DNA of 63,886 nt, filler included, from Choristocarpus tenellus KU-1152 (taxonomy: Eukaryota; Protista; Phaeophyceae), in assembly GCA_964200185.2 (NCBI GenBank). It is 10 parts of 10 records of this genome, joined end to end, with 100 filler letters (N's around TTAATTAATTAA, not from the genome) between each part and the next. Parts side by side here need not be neighbours in the genome. Positions count along the whole stretch, not along the records: positions 35,835 to 39,608 come from CAXNAD020017999.1; positions 39,709 to 47,242 come from CAXNAD020006000.1; positions 47,343 to 52,316 come from CAXNAD020012311.1; 7 more parts are not named here. One strand, 5' to 3'. Shown here piece after piece: positions 39,465 to 52,000 of this stretch. Position 1 is the stretch's first letter. The number at the start of each line of letters is the position of its first letter. The notes beneath the pieces are model-generated. The model saw only the letters and a list, made by a program, of their open reading frames with translations. It ran no database searches and was not told the DNA's origin. Made by a program: the position numbers and the translations under genes.

Positions 39465-39608
39465 GATCCAAAGTATCTGAGAGGGGGGGGGGAGGTCTAC
39501 ACCAGGGTGTCCATTTGGACCAAAATCAGGAAAAGTGCTTTTACAGACAGTATCCATCCGACGTATGCAACCAAATAACCCAAAAATCGCGACATGAAAA
39601 AATTGACC
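39465..39608. mobile_element. MITE family B, truncated by gap
   Basis: GATCCAAAGTATCTGAGAG(G)n...TCTACACCAGGGTGTCCATTTGG matches 3941-4080. Confidence 0.85.
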
Positions 39609-40032
39609 NNNNNNNNNNNNNNNNNNNNNNNNNNNNNNNNNNNNNNNNNNNNTTAATTAATTAANNNNNNNNNNNNNNNNNNNNNNNNNNNNNNNNNNNN
39701 NNNNNNNNTTTTTTACCACACAATTGCCCCCCCCCCCCCCCCCCCCCTCCATCAGCCCACAAGCTCATCCACATTGCCGGCTCTTTACAACAGCTCTTGG
39801 TTGGGAAAGCTAGCAGCTTTCAAGGAGGAATTGGTGCACCAACAAGACTGTTCTGATAGCGGTCTACAATTTCCCCTTCACACGCCAGAACAATCAATAC
39901 CGGGGGTTGCTATTTGCTATGTAGGAAAAACCTCTTAAAGAAATTCGAGGAATGAATCTCACGGGCTAGATAAATTACCGAGAACATTCCTATTGGTCCA
40001 AACGTTGCTCTTCACTTCCAAAAACCACTCAC

Positions 40033-43000
40033 CTCCCTCTGGCTCAGTCAAGTACGCCGGGAAATGGATGAGCTTTGGCACAGACTGAAGGCCCAGCTGC
40101 AGAGAGGGAGGAGAGGGGACAGGAAGGGGGAAGAGGGGGGCACGGGTGTTAGAACAGGAAGCAGATCTCGATGATCTCGATGAAGAGGAAAGGTCCACAA
40201 ATTGTGAGTTCTCCCAAAAAATAAAACGCTCCTTTATTAGGACAGCATCCCAACACCCTTGCTTCAGTTTGTTTCAGTAGAGTAACACCTCCTGAAACAC
40301 AAATTGGGCAAGCATGCAGACTTCATGTAAAATTTGAAGGGGGGGGGGGGGAATAATATCAAGACACCATTATGCCACTCAATCACCATGGTATATGGTA
40401 TAGAGGCAGGGTTGGGTTTAGGCACTACCCGCCATAGTTTGTTTGGCATTACACTACCCCAACATAGCCCCTACGTAGTACCCGAGCAGACATCTAAACC
40501 TTTACATCTCCCTCACAGTTCCAATCAAATATCATTCTACAGTCCTCTTCCTCTCCCAACACGAAGAGAGTCAGGGTTTTATGATCCAACCCAGGACCCT
40601 ACCCCACAAGCTATGATTTGTGTTGAGATACAGACGTACGTACCAAAATGTAAACAAAACACAGAGGCACTAGAGTAGTCCCACGGCATCAACCACTACC
40701 TTCACACAGGGGTTAACAAATAGCAAGCCACGATTCAATATATATATATATATATATTTATTTATTTTTATATTATTAAAGGTTATTTAAGCGTTAGGGC
40801 TGCCGCTACGTGTCAAGAGCAACTGCTCTCGCATAAAGATAGAACCATGTCGTACACACACACACAAACACACACTGTGTACACACAATCAGAGGGTTAG
40901 GGCTAGGGTTAGGCATGGCACCAGTTCAATCATCACAATTCATTTCATTCATTCATCAAAAAAAAAAAAAAAACAGCGCCGTAACCAAAAACCTTTTTTA
41001 TTTTTCAGACCGGGAAGGTCGCTTTCTTAGGGGGCGTGCATGAGTACGCATGGCACGCCTACCCAACCGGCTAAAAAATCCCACTTCAACACACATAAAA
41101 ACACTTCTTTTTTTTCCCCAGCGATCGATCACCAACCAGGATGATGCAAACACGCCTCACTTCAACAACCAATCAAGTACACGTCAAAAATCTCTAGCCA
41201 ATCAAATCTTCATCACACTCACTAAGATCCCCCTCTATCTGCGTCTAAAACAACGCACACCCCAGAGGATAGGAGCAGCTCGGGGGGGTCAAGGCATAGG
41301 TAGTGGAACGGATACATAGGATAGGACAGGATAGGACAGTGTTAAGATATTTGGCGGAGAAGGAGAGAACGAGTATCTCAAGGAAAACCGACTATTGGTT
41401 CAATCTGGCCATGCTATTGGTGGAGGGAATTAAAAAAAAAATTGTACCGAGTTCCGTAACACAATAATAATAATAGTAGTAATAATAATAATAATAATGA
41501 TAATAATAATAATGATAATAATAATAGTAGTAATAATAATAATAATAATGATAATAATAATAGTAGTAATATTAATAATAGTAGTAATAATAATAATAGT
41601 AATAATAGTAGTAATAATAATAATGATAATAACAATAATAGTAGTAATAATAATAATAATAATAATAGTAATAATAATAATAATAATAACGTTCACTACT
41701 TTTTTATTTATTTATATGATGCCTCCGTCCAAACTGCGAAACAGGCGGTATCTCTCGAATGCTAGTAGCTGAACGCAATCAAGAGGAGGCGAAAAAAGTA
41801 AAGAAAAAACATCAGAATTCCAAAAGGAAATGAGGTAATGGAATCTGCTGGGGGGTAGGGGTAGGGGGAAGGGGAAGGGGAGGGGGAGGGGGGACGGTGA
41901 TTTTATGCTTGATGCGCACCCGTTGGAAGACCCCCTTGTTGGAAGCGAAATCTGCCATGACAAAAAAAATATCTACGCCCTTGAGATTCTCTGGTTGGTT
42001 CCTCTGAGCAGCATCGTAAGACTCTGCAAGAACACGGAATTCTTCCCCAAAGGCCCTGTAAAAAGAAGAAGATAAAATATAAACGTAGCATTTTTTAATT
42101 TTTAAGCATGCATGTGTAAAAATAGAGAGAGAGAGAGATAGAGAGCATTTTTTTTTTAAATTAAATTCAAAAAGGTTGTTGCGGATCCTCCCAAAAAAAG
42201 GTGAATACGAACTAACATGACCTGCCTGCGAGCAAAGGGCGAAAGGGGGCGGCGTTTCGTTTCTAAAATAACGCCTTTCAATTCATCGGAAAAAACGCCT
42301 TCCCAATCAACACAAGAAGGGTCGACAAGATGAGCCTCAAGCAAAAAGATATGTCAAAATATCAGTTACAGTAGTAACAGTGGAGGGGTCACTACCTACT
42401 ACTAATCAGAGTAGTGCTATTTATTGCACCGCCTCTACAACCTGCCCACCCTCAACCCGTCCACCAAAAAATGTAACTGCAAAAAAAACGAAACTGTATG
42501 TAACTGTAACGATGCAAAATAACTGAAACTGCAAGACAAAAAAATGTAAAAAGAAAAGTACTTCCAACAGTTGTGTGTGTGTGTATTATACCACTCAACT
42601 TACAGATGACCACTTCACCTGGACCAACTACTGCAACACCCGTTGTTAAGACTCACACAGTCACCTCCGAAGCTGAAAAGATCTGAAAAGATGGACTATC
42701 AGAAAGGACCTCAAAGATGGACTATCAGAAAGGACCTCTGTAGCTATTGCTAGGCGCAATTAGGTGGACGTCTGCATCCATCATCAGACCCCCCCGGCCC
42801 CCCCTTCTGCCTCCATCGAATTCAAAAAAGCTCCCCTTCGCAATACACTTACTTACCTTACACAGAATGTACAGATTGTATCTACCATACGTGTGATCAA
42901 AACGCCGGGCACTTGACAGGAGGATTCAACGAGCCAAGGGGGGGGAGAGGGGGGGAGGGGGGGGAAAGAGACAGCGGGCTGCATCATTACCCACAAAGAC

Positions 43001-44893
43001 TTTCTTCAAAAAATAGTTGACTCTTACTTGCAGGTAGGACACTTGTATGCTGGGTCCTCAGCGGTGAATAGCACAAACACGTCGTACTGTCTCGGAACCC
43101 CAGCCACAAACCTATGGTACTTGGCATCATCCACAGGGACTACCAACCCCGGGGAATTCCCCCGGGCCTTGGCCATCGTCTTGCGACGCTCTGTGGCCGA
43201 CTGCGCGTATATTAATTCCGCATCAAGGAAGAGGGGTGGGGATGAGAGGCGAGGGTGTGTGTGAAGACAGGGGGAGGGAAGCTGGGGGAGGGGGGTTGTT
43301 GTATTAATGTACTTATATACTTTGGCAACTGCTGTTGGATCTTACTTCAACACTACCAAAACATTGTGCATGTGTGATGTGGGGCATGTGCTCGCTTCTT
43401 TTGTCGAGAGTGAGGGCGCGCGCGCGCGCGTGTTCACTGAACTTGCAGTCCCAACATCAGTGAGGAGGTGGGTAAATGCATGTGAACAAAAATTAACAGT
43501 GGTCTAAAGCAGTGGTGTAGGGGAAGTACAAAGGTAGAGATTTCGATGAACTGGGGTAGAGCACCACGGGATGGACATGCATAGAAACAAACTAACATGG
43601 GAGGGGGCAACAGAGTTGCTCTGTTATCGTCAGGCGATACTTTGCTTTGAGGAAAACAAAAGCATGTGGTAAATACCACTGAGAAATTCCAGGAATTCGT
43701 GAAGGATATTTCTTGACCCTTGAATTGTGGTGTTGATTTGGCAACGCCAACAATATTCGACACCGTGACATGGCTTATGAGGTGTAGAATAGCGGCGTAC
43801 TCTTCTTGACATTCAAAGCAACGGTTTTTGCGCTATTAAACATTGGAGCATGATACCGTATGATTCGATGAAAATAAATATCTATACATACTCATGATAG
43901 TACCCCACCTTCATAAACAATTCTAGTAGATGCACAAAAGATGCATGTATCAAGAAGACTGCTTGGGCTGGTCAAGATGGGCATCCACAGATCCAACTTT
44001 GCACCACACAATCTAACTCCTCGTTCCTCTTAAAATTAACAAGATCAGTGTACGAAAGGATCTTAATTCCTCCGTTGTTCCTATGTCACCGAAAGGAGTG
44101 ATCGGAGCATTGTATGCAAACAATAAACTCCACAGCAATTTCCCTCCAGTCATCCACAGCAGCTTCCAAGCGTAGCAATCAATTGTAATAGTGGTATTGC
44201 TTCGTGGGTTGAGTGGTCCCTTTACCTTACAAGAACGTCGAATGCCAAGCAATGGGAGGGCTTTCCCACCGCTAAGAAGTTAAAAATAGTCTCTAGGCTT
44301 CTCGGCGATATAAATATCTCGCCGTCATTTTCATGTGTCACCCTTGTAGCTTTGCAAGTCAAATAAGGGCTCAGTCAAGGTACGTTTGGCATCTTGATGC
44401 AAAGGATAGTGAAATCGCAGACCAAGAATCAAAAAAGCTCATCCTTCGCCTGTCTTCCGGTAGATCATCCGTTAGAGAAACGGAATTATTTTCACTCAAC
44501 AACAGCCTAATTACAAGTATCGAATGCAACGACCGACTCAACTAGCAATCATGGGGGATTTCTTGGTTGTTATTAAGTTGGAAGTAGGAATATCAAATGT
44601 CTGGTGCGTAGTTAGGAAGGTCCAGCACGAGCATCCTCAAGGCACATCCACAAACAAAAGAAACGATATTGATCGTAAGCCCAGTTCTCTTCAATCACCC
44701 AGCCTCAGTACAGTCAATCCGTGATGAGAGATGGTTGATACGGACGAGGATGGATGCCAGTATAAGATGTAATCCCCGCATCCACGACTGGGGAACAAAA
44801 TCATCTCACCATTTGACGCTCTCCAGTGACACCGAGTACAAGACCCAAGGCTAAGAGTACCCATACCCAAAGGCCTCGCATCATCGTGCCCAT
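40033..44893 (-). CDS. OST3: Oligosaccharyltransferase subunit OST3/OST6 (MAGT1/TUSC3 family), 5' four exons
   Basis: Exons 44893-44810 (MGTMMRGLWVWVLLALGLVLGVTG, signal-peptide-like), 43200-43028 (VVPVDDAKYHRFVAGVPRQYDVFVLFTAEDPAYKCPTC), 42055-41920 (FGEEFRVLAESY...IFFVMADFASNKGVFQR), 40096-40033 (LGLQSVPKLIHFP). Phases are compatible; thioredoxin-like CxxC fold of OST3/6. Confidence 0.9.
41462..41689. repeat. (AAT/AGT/GAT)n microsatellite in OST3 intron
   Basis: About 76 trinucleotide units. Confidence 0.97.
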
Positions 44894-45096
44894 TTTCTCC
44901 TCAAGACTCCTCTAATCTGAGACTACTATGATACTACATATCAATAGTACTACTATATGGACAAAAAAAAATGGTATGGGATATCATATAGTGCTACAGA
45001 GCGTCCGTGGTGGCTATAAGCCCTGAAGTGTTGATCAATCTACGCACACACACACACACTACTGACAGACAGTGAAAAGAGACGGACACAGGGCCC
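44894..45096. promoter_or_regulatory. Putative bidirectional promoter and 5' UTRs
   Basis: Only 203 bp separate the divergent predicted start codons of the OST3/6 and GGCT-like genes. Confidence 0.5.
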
Positions 45097-46368
45097 ATGT
45101 GGGTGGCTCATGTTGTCCTTGCTATGGCGACCATATCTAAAAGTGGTGCTGAGTATCTTGGCATCAGGTATGGTGCACCACTGGTGAGCACAACTTCACA
45201 TCAACTACTGGTCCAACCTGTGCTTAGGCGATTGCAACATCGTCCTTGGTCGGGAAGAACAGCAGCTTCTTCTCTTCCACAGGAAGAGTGTACCCTTCAC
45301 GAGGTGTTGGCTAGGTACTGAGAAATAACATCAGATTAATTCAGATGTGCGAAATACTTGAAAAGATATTTCGGTTGTAGTTGTGTTAAGAAGATCTCGG
45401 TTGTTTGTCGACTTCCCCAATGTTGAAGTCATGAGTAAGGGGGGAACCTGGATGGATATATTGCGAGTGAGGAAAAGGGTCATACGGAAATTGTACTGCA
45501 GCATTAGGAAACCTGAGGCATAGAAAGTTCAAGGCGGGAGGTCTACGATCGCAGAGTGTTCGGATATACGTTGTGGGGGCTGGATTGGAGCTGCTCAATG
45601 ATGCCTATTGTCTGCATCTTCGGCATTCCTGCGACATGCGTAAGCCTTCCCAGGCTGAATTGAGTATATTGCGGTTGTGACTAGATTGCGTGTATTCCCA
45701 ATCCCTTCCCTACCCCCTTACCAGTAGTCGACGCCAAGAATCTTCAGGGGTGCTATATTTTGCTTACGGGGCTAACATGAATCCCATCATATTGGGAGGA
45801 CGAAGGGGAGTATATCCCTTGTACTCTACCCCTGCCGTGTCTTTACAGCTGCTCGGGGATAGAGATTCATCAGCAATCGGAGGCAGCAGCGACAAGGAGG
45901 AAAGGGTGGTGCTGAGCTTCTGCCATCGCGCAGGCAAGGGTCTGGGGTAGGTAACCTGCCACACATCTAGCGAAAGCTTCCTACGGTGAACCTGCAGCAG
46001 TTGCAGCTGTGCTCTGGGTATTATGTAGAGTACTCTACATTATTCTGGTGCTGCAAAAAACTCAATCTTGACACAACTCTCTGCGTGGATATATGTGCAC
46101 CCTACAGGGGAAAAGACAATGTTGATGAGTAGTATCTATACGGTTGACAAGAATGTATAACAATGGGAACAAACAGCTTCTCTCCCCCCACCCACCCAAA
46201 CCGCCTTCCACTGCCTGCTTTGCAAAAGGATTTGCGACTGTGGTTGCTGCCCCAGGCCCTCCACAGTCCTGGCCGACATTCCCTTGTGCCCATGGGGTCG
46301 TGCATGTCATCACAAGTGAGGATATGGAGGCTGTGGCAAAGACAGAAACAGGCTACAGGAGAAGGGAG
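45097..46368 (+). CDS. Gamma-glutamylcyclotransferase (GGCT/AIG2-like fold) protein, 5' three exons
   Basis: Exons 45097-45167, 45725-45933, 46229-46368 in phase. LYFAYGANM motif, then GFATVV...AHGVVHVITSEDMEAVAKTETGYRRRE with the catalytic-Glu-like E.GY. The first exon is the least certain. Confidence 0.8.
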
Positions 46369-46494
46369 GTGTGCTCCAGTACATATGGAAGGGAGGGAGA
46401 GGGAGGGAAGGAGAGCACTAGCTTTTCCCCCAAGCGTGTCAGAATAGTACCAGACTTTTTAGCGCAAGAGGTGCAGTGGGCAAGAAAGCTATTT

Positions 46495-47242
46495 TGCTTT
46501 GCTCACAAATTCTGGATTCATTATTTTGCCTCGTCTTAGCCTTCCATCCATTCTACTCCTCCCCAACCATTGTATCAACAGTGGTGACCAATCAGTACAA
46601 CCAATCTTTACCAACAGTTTCCAGTCACCAACCAATGCTGCCAATTTCAACAAATCCATCCACCTTCCTCCACAACACTCCCCACCACTTTCCTCTCCAC
46701 CACACCACTCAGCACCACTCCACAACGCCCCATATTTTTCCAAGAACACCCCTCCATCATCCACCTCAATACCATGCCTTTGAACTAGGAGATATCTACC
46801 CTCCCCAAATTTGACCTCCGCTTTGGAGTTGGTGTCTGTATCTAGTTCACACTTGTACCACCTGCACCCATTCCTTCCTGCTCTCTGCAAGACCCTTTGA
46901 TACCCACACCATGAGCACCCCCGACTTCCACCTTCCCTCCCTTTGTATCACTATTTCTGATGCCCCCATTGTTGCCATTCTCGTTGCTCCTCCTATCCTC
47001 CCCGAGTGTAGGGTGTACTCCTCCGGTCTCAACTTGAATTCCCTTGTTATCCTCCTCAGGAAACATGTTGCCTGGCCTCTCGTGATCACCTTCCACTTCT
47101 TGCCGTCACTACATGCCATTAGCAGGGTATCAGGCAGTAGATCTGGGAAGCGTTCCATGATTGCTACCACAACATCAAAGCCCCCCCTGCTTTCTTCACC
47201 CCCTTGTCCTTCTACTCTATGCCTCATCAATACCACTCCCTT
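46495..47242 (-). mobile_element. Tyrosine-recombinase retroelement (DIRS order, Ngaro/PAT-like), 3' end
   Basis: YR C-terminus EYTLHSGRIGGATRMATMGASEIVIQREGRWKS (H-x-x-R, GRW), followed by a terminal repeat homologous to 48555-48935 and 52232-52316. Confidence 0.85.
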
Positions 47243-47342
47243 NNNNNNNNNNNNNNNNNNNNNNNNNNNNNNNNNNNNNNNNNNNNTTAATTAATTAANN
47301 NNNNNNNNNNNNNNNNNNNNNNNNNNNNNNNNNNNNNNNNNN

Positions 47343-47381
47343 CAAATGGACAGCCGCCACCCCCCCCAGATACTTTGAGCA
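47343..47381. mobile_element. MITE family B, right end
   Basis: CAAATGGACAGCCGCCAC(C)nAGATACTTTGAGC. Confidence 0.8.
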
Positions 47382-47824
47382 CTTCCAGATCCTCTATCAC
47401 CCTTGCTGTCCTCCTCTGCCCAGGATTCCAACTTTCCCCATACTTTCATAACCTTGCCATTGCTGCCACAAAGCAGTCGAAATTTTCTGGCAGTTCGTAG
47501 TCCCCCCTGTATGTCTTCCTCCCCAGCTCCCCCCTTGGTATGTAGTCCTTGATTGTGAAGGCTGCCAAGTTTTCCAGTTGTTTGGCCACCTCTTCAGTCA
47601 CGTCCGTTGTCTCGTCCACTATCAACTGTAGCTTGTACTGTGTCGCTCTGCCATTCCCCGTTTTAATAAACAAGGGAATGAATCCAAGGAGTACGAAGTA
47701 CTTCCTCACCTCGACCCTGCTACATACTTGGATCATTGACTTCTCTTTGATCCTTTCTGCCATTGTTGCTGAAGATATCGAACTTTTTTCCCAATGTCGA
47801 TCTGGCTCCCCCTCCCATCCCTCT

Positions 47825-47871
<47 letters not shown>

Positions 47872-48935
47872 TTCTGGTTTGTGCGCGCGACATAACTCCT
47901 GCAAGATCTCCATCATATTATATATTCTCTCAGTTAGTTTGGCTATCTCGTTACTCTTGACCTGGGGTTGGCTGGGGTCGCCTTCACTCCTGTTCTCTGC
48001 TTCGTCTTCTTCCTCCCCCTCTCCTTTCCTCTCCCCTCTTCCCCTGCGAAGAATCCCATCTCTCGTTGCGCATTCTCAATCTCCAAATGCATCCTCTGCG
48101 CCGCTATTGTTCCCATCTCTTCTTCATTTTCTTTCCATCCTTTTTCTTCTCCCCAACCTTCCAACATTTTTTTCTCGTTCTCACCCGTTCCTTCTCGTCG
48201 TTTCCCACCTATTCCTCCCACATCTTTGTGTTTCTTTTGTTCGCACTCTCTCGCCTTTCAGCCATACTTTGATTAGGAGAGCTTGCTCGGAGGTTGTCTT
48301 GTCCTCACCCTCCTCGTCCTGTACCCCAGGTTCTCAGCCCTCCTATTATAAACAGATCAATCCTTCCCCTTCCCCCTTCCTACCACTCATATCTTTTAAC
48401 TTTTTCCCCTTCTCTTAGCTAGTAATCCCTTAACTATTTGTCCTCTTCCTGCTTCCTTCTTTTTCTTTCCACCACCTTCCCTTGTCCTGTGCTCCCAGCC
48501 AACCAGAATTCTTCCGCCCACAAAACTCAGGTTACTTCATAAACGTTCACTTTGTTTGCTCACGAATTCTGGATTATTATTATTTGCTTATTCCTTGTTT
48601 GCCATTCCTATATTCTCCATTCCCCATTTGATGACCAACCAGTGCGAATGCCCTTCGTCACTGATTGCTAGTCATCCCCCAAATTTGATGACCAACCAGT
48701 ACGACTGCCCTTCGTCACTGATTGCCAGCTATCCCCCACATTTGATGACCAACCAGTGCGACTGCCCTTCGCCCCTGATTGCCAGTCATCCCGCACCTTT
48801 CAGCCCCACACAAGTTATAACTCCCCTCAACACCACAGCAGTTCCCACACCACTAAACATCACTCCACAATAATCCAAGAACACCCCTTCATGATCCACT
48901 TCAAACCTTGCCTTTGAGCTGGAAGACATCTATCC
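47382..48935 (-). mobile_element. YR retroelement copy 1: terminal repeat, 5' UTR and ORF1 (gag-like)
   Basis: ORF1 EKSMIQVCSRVEVRKYFVLLGFIPLFIKTGNGRATQYKLQ is a paralog of 51192-51751; upstream non-coding sequence matches 52100-52316. Confidence 0.8.
48626..48795. repeat. 57-bp tandem repeat x3, each an imperfect palindrome
   Basis: Units start at 48626, 48683 and 48740: ATTTGATGACCAACCAGTGCGA.TGCCCTTCGTCACTGATTGC.AGTCATCCCC. Confidence 0.9.
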
Positions 48936-49011
48936 CGCCGGAACTCTAGCTAGGAAGAAGAACGAGAAACCCAAACCTAGCCCTGTCAATTTACCTTCCC
49001 TACCTATCATT

Positions 49012-52000
49012 TCAGTGCATTGCTTTGTCTCTACAATCATTCTCCATGTTAAGGGTCTCCTCTTCTTGGGCTCGCTCCCTACCTTTGTATGTGCTCCTCC
49101 CTATTCCTTTGAGTACCGATTGGATAATGAAATGTTGTGTCAGGAGTTGGAAGTTGATGAATTGTTTGTGGTAGTATTGGATTGCTGCTATCTTACCCTT
49201 AACTGTGCTTATGTGGTTCCCCCTACTCCCGCAACAGAAACACGTAAACTCTGCCAGGGCCTTCACTACATCTATCTCTTGACTCCTGGGGTCTAACCAC
49301 CTACTCAATCCTCTATATATACGAAACTCAGACCATTGGTCCCAAGCTGCCTCATAACACTTCTGAGTAGATGGCGCAACCGATCCTCTGGCGTACAATG
49401 TTGCAAGGCACTCAAACACACCATCTTCCTTTCCCAACCCAGGGGCTGTTCCTGCCAGTCAACACATGAGCAAGTATGTTGGAGGTTAGTTTGAATCTCG
49501 TCCCTCTTCCACCTCGATATACCATCTGCTAGGTCATTCTGCTTCCCTGCAACGTGTTCCGCTGCAAATGACCATTCCCCTGCTATCTCCAACATCCCCA
49601 TTATTCTCATTAATCCCCCCGCCCACCTGTCCTTCGCCCCCCCACACTTACGAAACCAATGCACTGCAGAGTAGTTGTCCCCTCTAAGCAACACTGGATC
49701 TCCCTTCTTGTTTGCCTTCCCCTTCACCTTCATGACCACTATCCATACATTCATTACCATTCCTAGAACTCTAAGACATTGATTGATATGCTCCTTTCTT
49801 CTCCTTTAATCACACTACGTGTAATATCGTTAAAGTGTTCTGGAGAATCATGCCTCCACCAATTACCCGTCTCTACATTGTACCCTCCTACTGCTGAAAA
49901 GCACGCATCTGAGTACCATTTCGTCCTTGGGGGTCTTGACACGAAACCCAAGAAAGGGGAACTCAAGTTTTCTTCCTCCTCTGCCAGCCCATGTTCTATC
50001 ACCCACCTCCACCAATACAAGTTCTCCTTAAACTCTATCCCTATCCTAATCTCCCTATCTCCTTCCTTTTGACCTTTCCCTTGTTCACCCTGCCCCCCCC
50101 CACTCGCTATCCTTCTCAACCAACCCCCCTTCTGGTGCAACCCCGCCAGTTGTACCAGCCACCAAAGAGAAAATCTCACCGGGCGTATGACGTACGGCAT
50201 GTGGAATAGTCTGCCCAACAGCACCTATACCTCCCTCACCCTGGCTACCGACTTTGACTCTGACCAATCCGCTAACAACAACCTCAACCCCTTCAGGTTT
50301 CCATCTGGTAATGCGATGGTCATCTTTTCTGTGTCTATCCTCCATCCTACTACCACCTGTGTAGTATGCCAATCTGTCCATTTTTTTGCTGACAAAAGGG
50401 GGGGCTCGTCTTTGTTTCTCTGGCCTAACAACCGTACGTGATCGGAGAGTAAGTAATTTGTTGCTAACTTCAGTCTCCGCCCCTCTGTTAAAGGCAAATA
50501 GCGCGAGTATTTCTTCCTGCGCTTTGACTGGTGTGAGCAGTATACGTGCGTGGGGAACCCCAAAAGGGGGAACTCCGATTTGCCTAAAAGTTGCAGAATA
50601 AACTGTAGCTCGGGTTGTTCCAGAGGGTCACGGACGGATGGTCGGGAAGGGTTCTCAGATGTATGGCAGTATTTGTACACCCGAATAAACCCCAAACGGT
50701 AAATGATGATTAGAGTTCCTAAAAATGGCTTAAAGCGGCTCAGTTCTTCTGACCTAACAAGACCCACATAACTCACTCTCTATTCTGATACCAAACTGTA
50801 TATACACTTTTAATACTGATTGATTCATTTGATATTACCCTTGTTCTGCTGAGCTGACGTTCGATAATCTTTGAATTAGACTTGACTTGTACATCCTGGG
50901 AAGGTGAGCATTGAGGGGCGCCTCTAACACATCTTCGAACCATTGGGACTCTACCAAGATACTATCATCTATGTACATTCTGGCAAAAAAAGGGTCCTCT
51001 ACCCCCCCCCCTCTACCTCCTGCACATTCCACGTCTCATCTATGGCACTAACCTCCCTCTTGCCCTTCTGCTGTGAGTGTGTTACACCTACCGCAATCCT
51101 TTCTGCTTCTTTGAGAACTACTGTTGACTTGGGGTCTGTATGACAGTGTGAGAATTCTAATGCACTTGCCAGTAAATTCCACCACCCAGGGCTATTCCTC
51201 CACCCAAATTGTCTGGCAATTCGTAGTCCCCCTTGATTGTCTTCCTCCCCAGCTACCCCTCAGTATGTAGTCCTTGATCATAAAGGCTGCCAGGTTTTCT
51301 AGCTGTCTCGCCACCTCTTGTGTCATGTTAGTTGTCTCTTCCACTATCCTTTGTAACTTGTACTGCGTTGCTCTGGCATCCCCTGTTTTGATAAACAAGG
51401 GTGTGAAACCGAGAAGTACGAAATACTTCGTCACCTCCACCCTGCTCCATGCTTGAATTAAGACTTCTCTTTAAACCTCTCTGCCATTGATGTTGATGAT
51501 ATCGAACCTCTTTTGACTGTCGATCCGGCTCCCTCTCCCATCCCTCTGTCTTGCCCCCCTCTTTCTGATTTTTGTGTATGACATAGTTCTTGCAAGATCT
51601 CCATCATACACTCCATTCTCTCTGTTAACTTTCTTATCTCGTTGCTTTGGACTTGGGGTTGGCTGTGGTCGCTTTCACTCCTGTTCTCTATTTCGTCTTC
51701 TTCTTCTTCCACTCCTTTTCTCTCTCCCTCCCCCCTTGCGAGGAATCCCATTTCGCGTTGCGCCTTTTCGATCCGTGATTACATCCTCTGCACCGCCATT
51801 GTTCCCATCTCATCTTCCTTTTCCTTCCATCCCTTTTCTTCCGCCCAACCTTCTGCCGTTTGTTTTTCTTCCTCCCCCCGTTCCTTCCCATCGTTTCCCA
51901 CCAATTCTTCCCATGTTGTCTCATTCGTATCATTCTCGTTCTCTCTCCTGTCCGCCATACTCTTGGTTACAAGAGCTTCTTCGGAGGTTGCCTTGGTCTC

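Noticed and set aside
41414-41772. Poly-Ile/poly-Leu ORFs resembling membrane proteins
   Set aside because: They are translations of an intronic AAT/AGT microsatellite.
47549-48418. 289-aa plus-strand ORF (also 19145-19798, 9275-9829, 51574-52049)
   Set aside because: These are antisense shadows of transposon ORFs or of a real exon, with low complexity and no domain motifs.
46847-50224. RT next to a recombinase as a retron, DGR or prokaryotic defence system
   Set aside because: The ORF1-RT-RNase H-YR order and motifs are those of eukaryotic DIRS-order retrotransposons.
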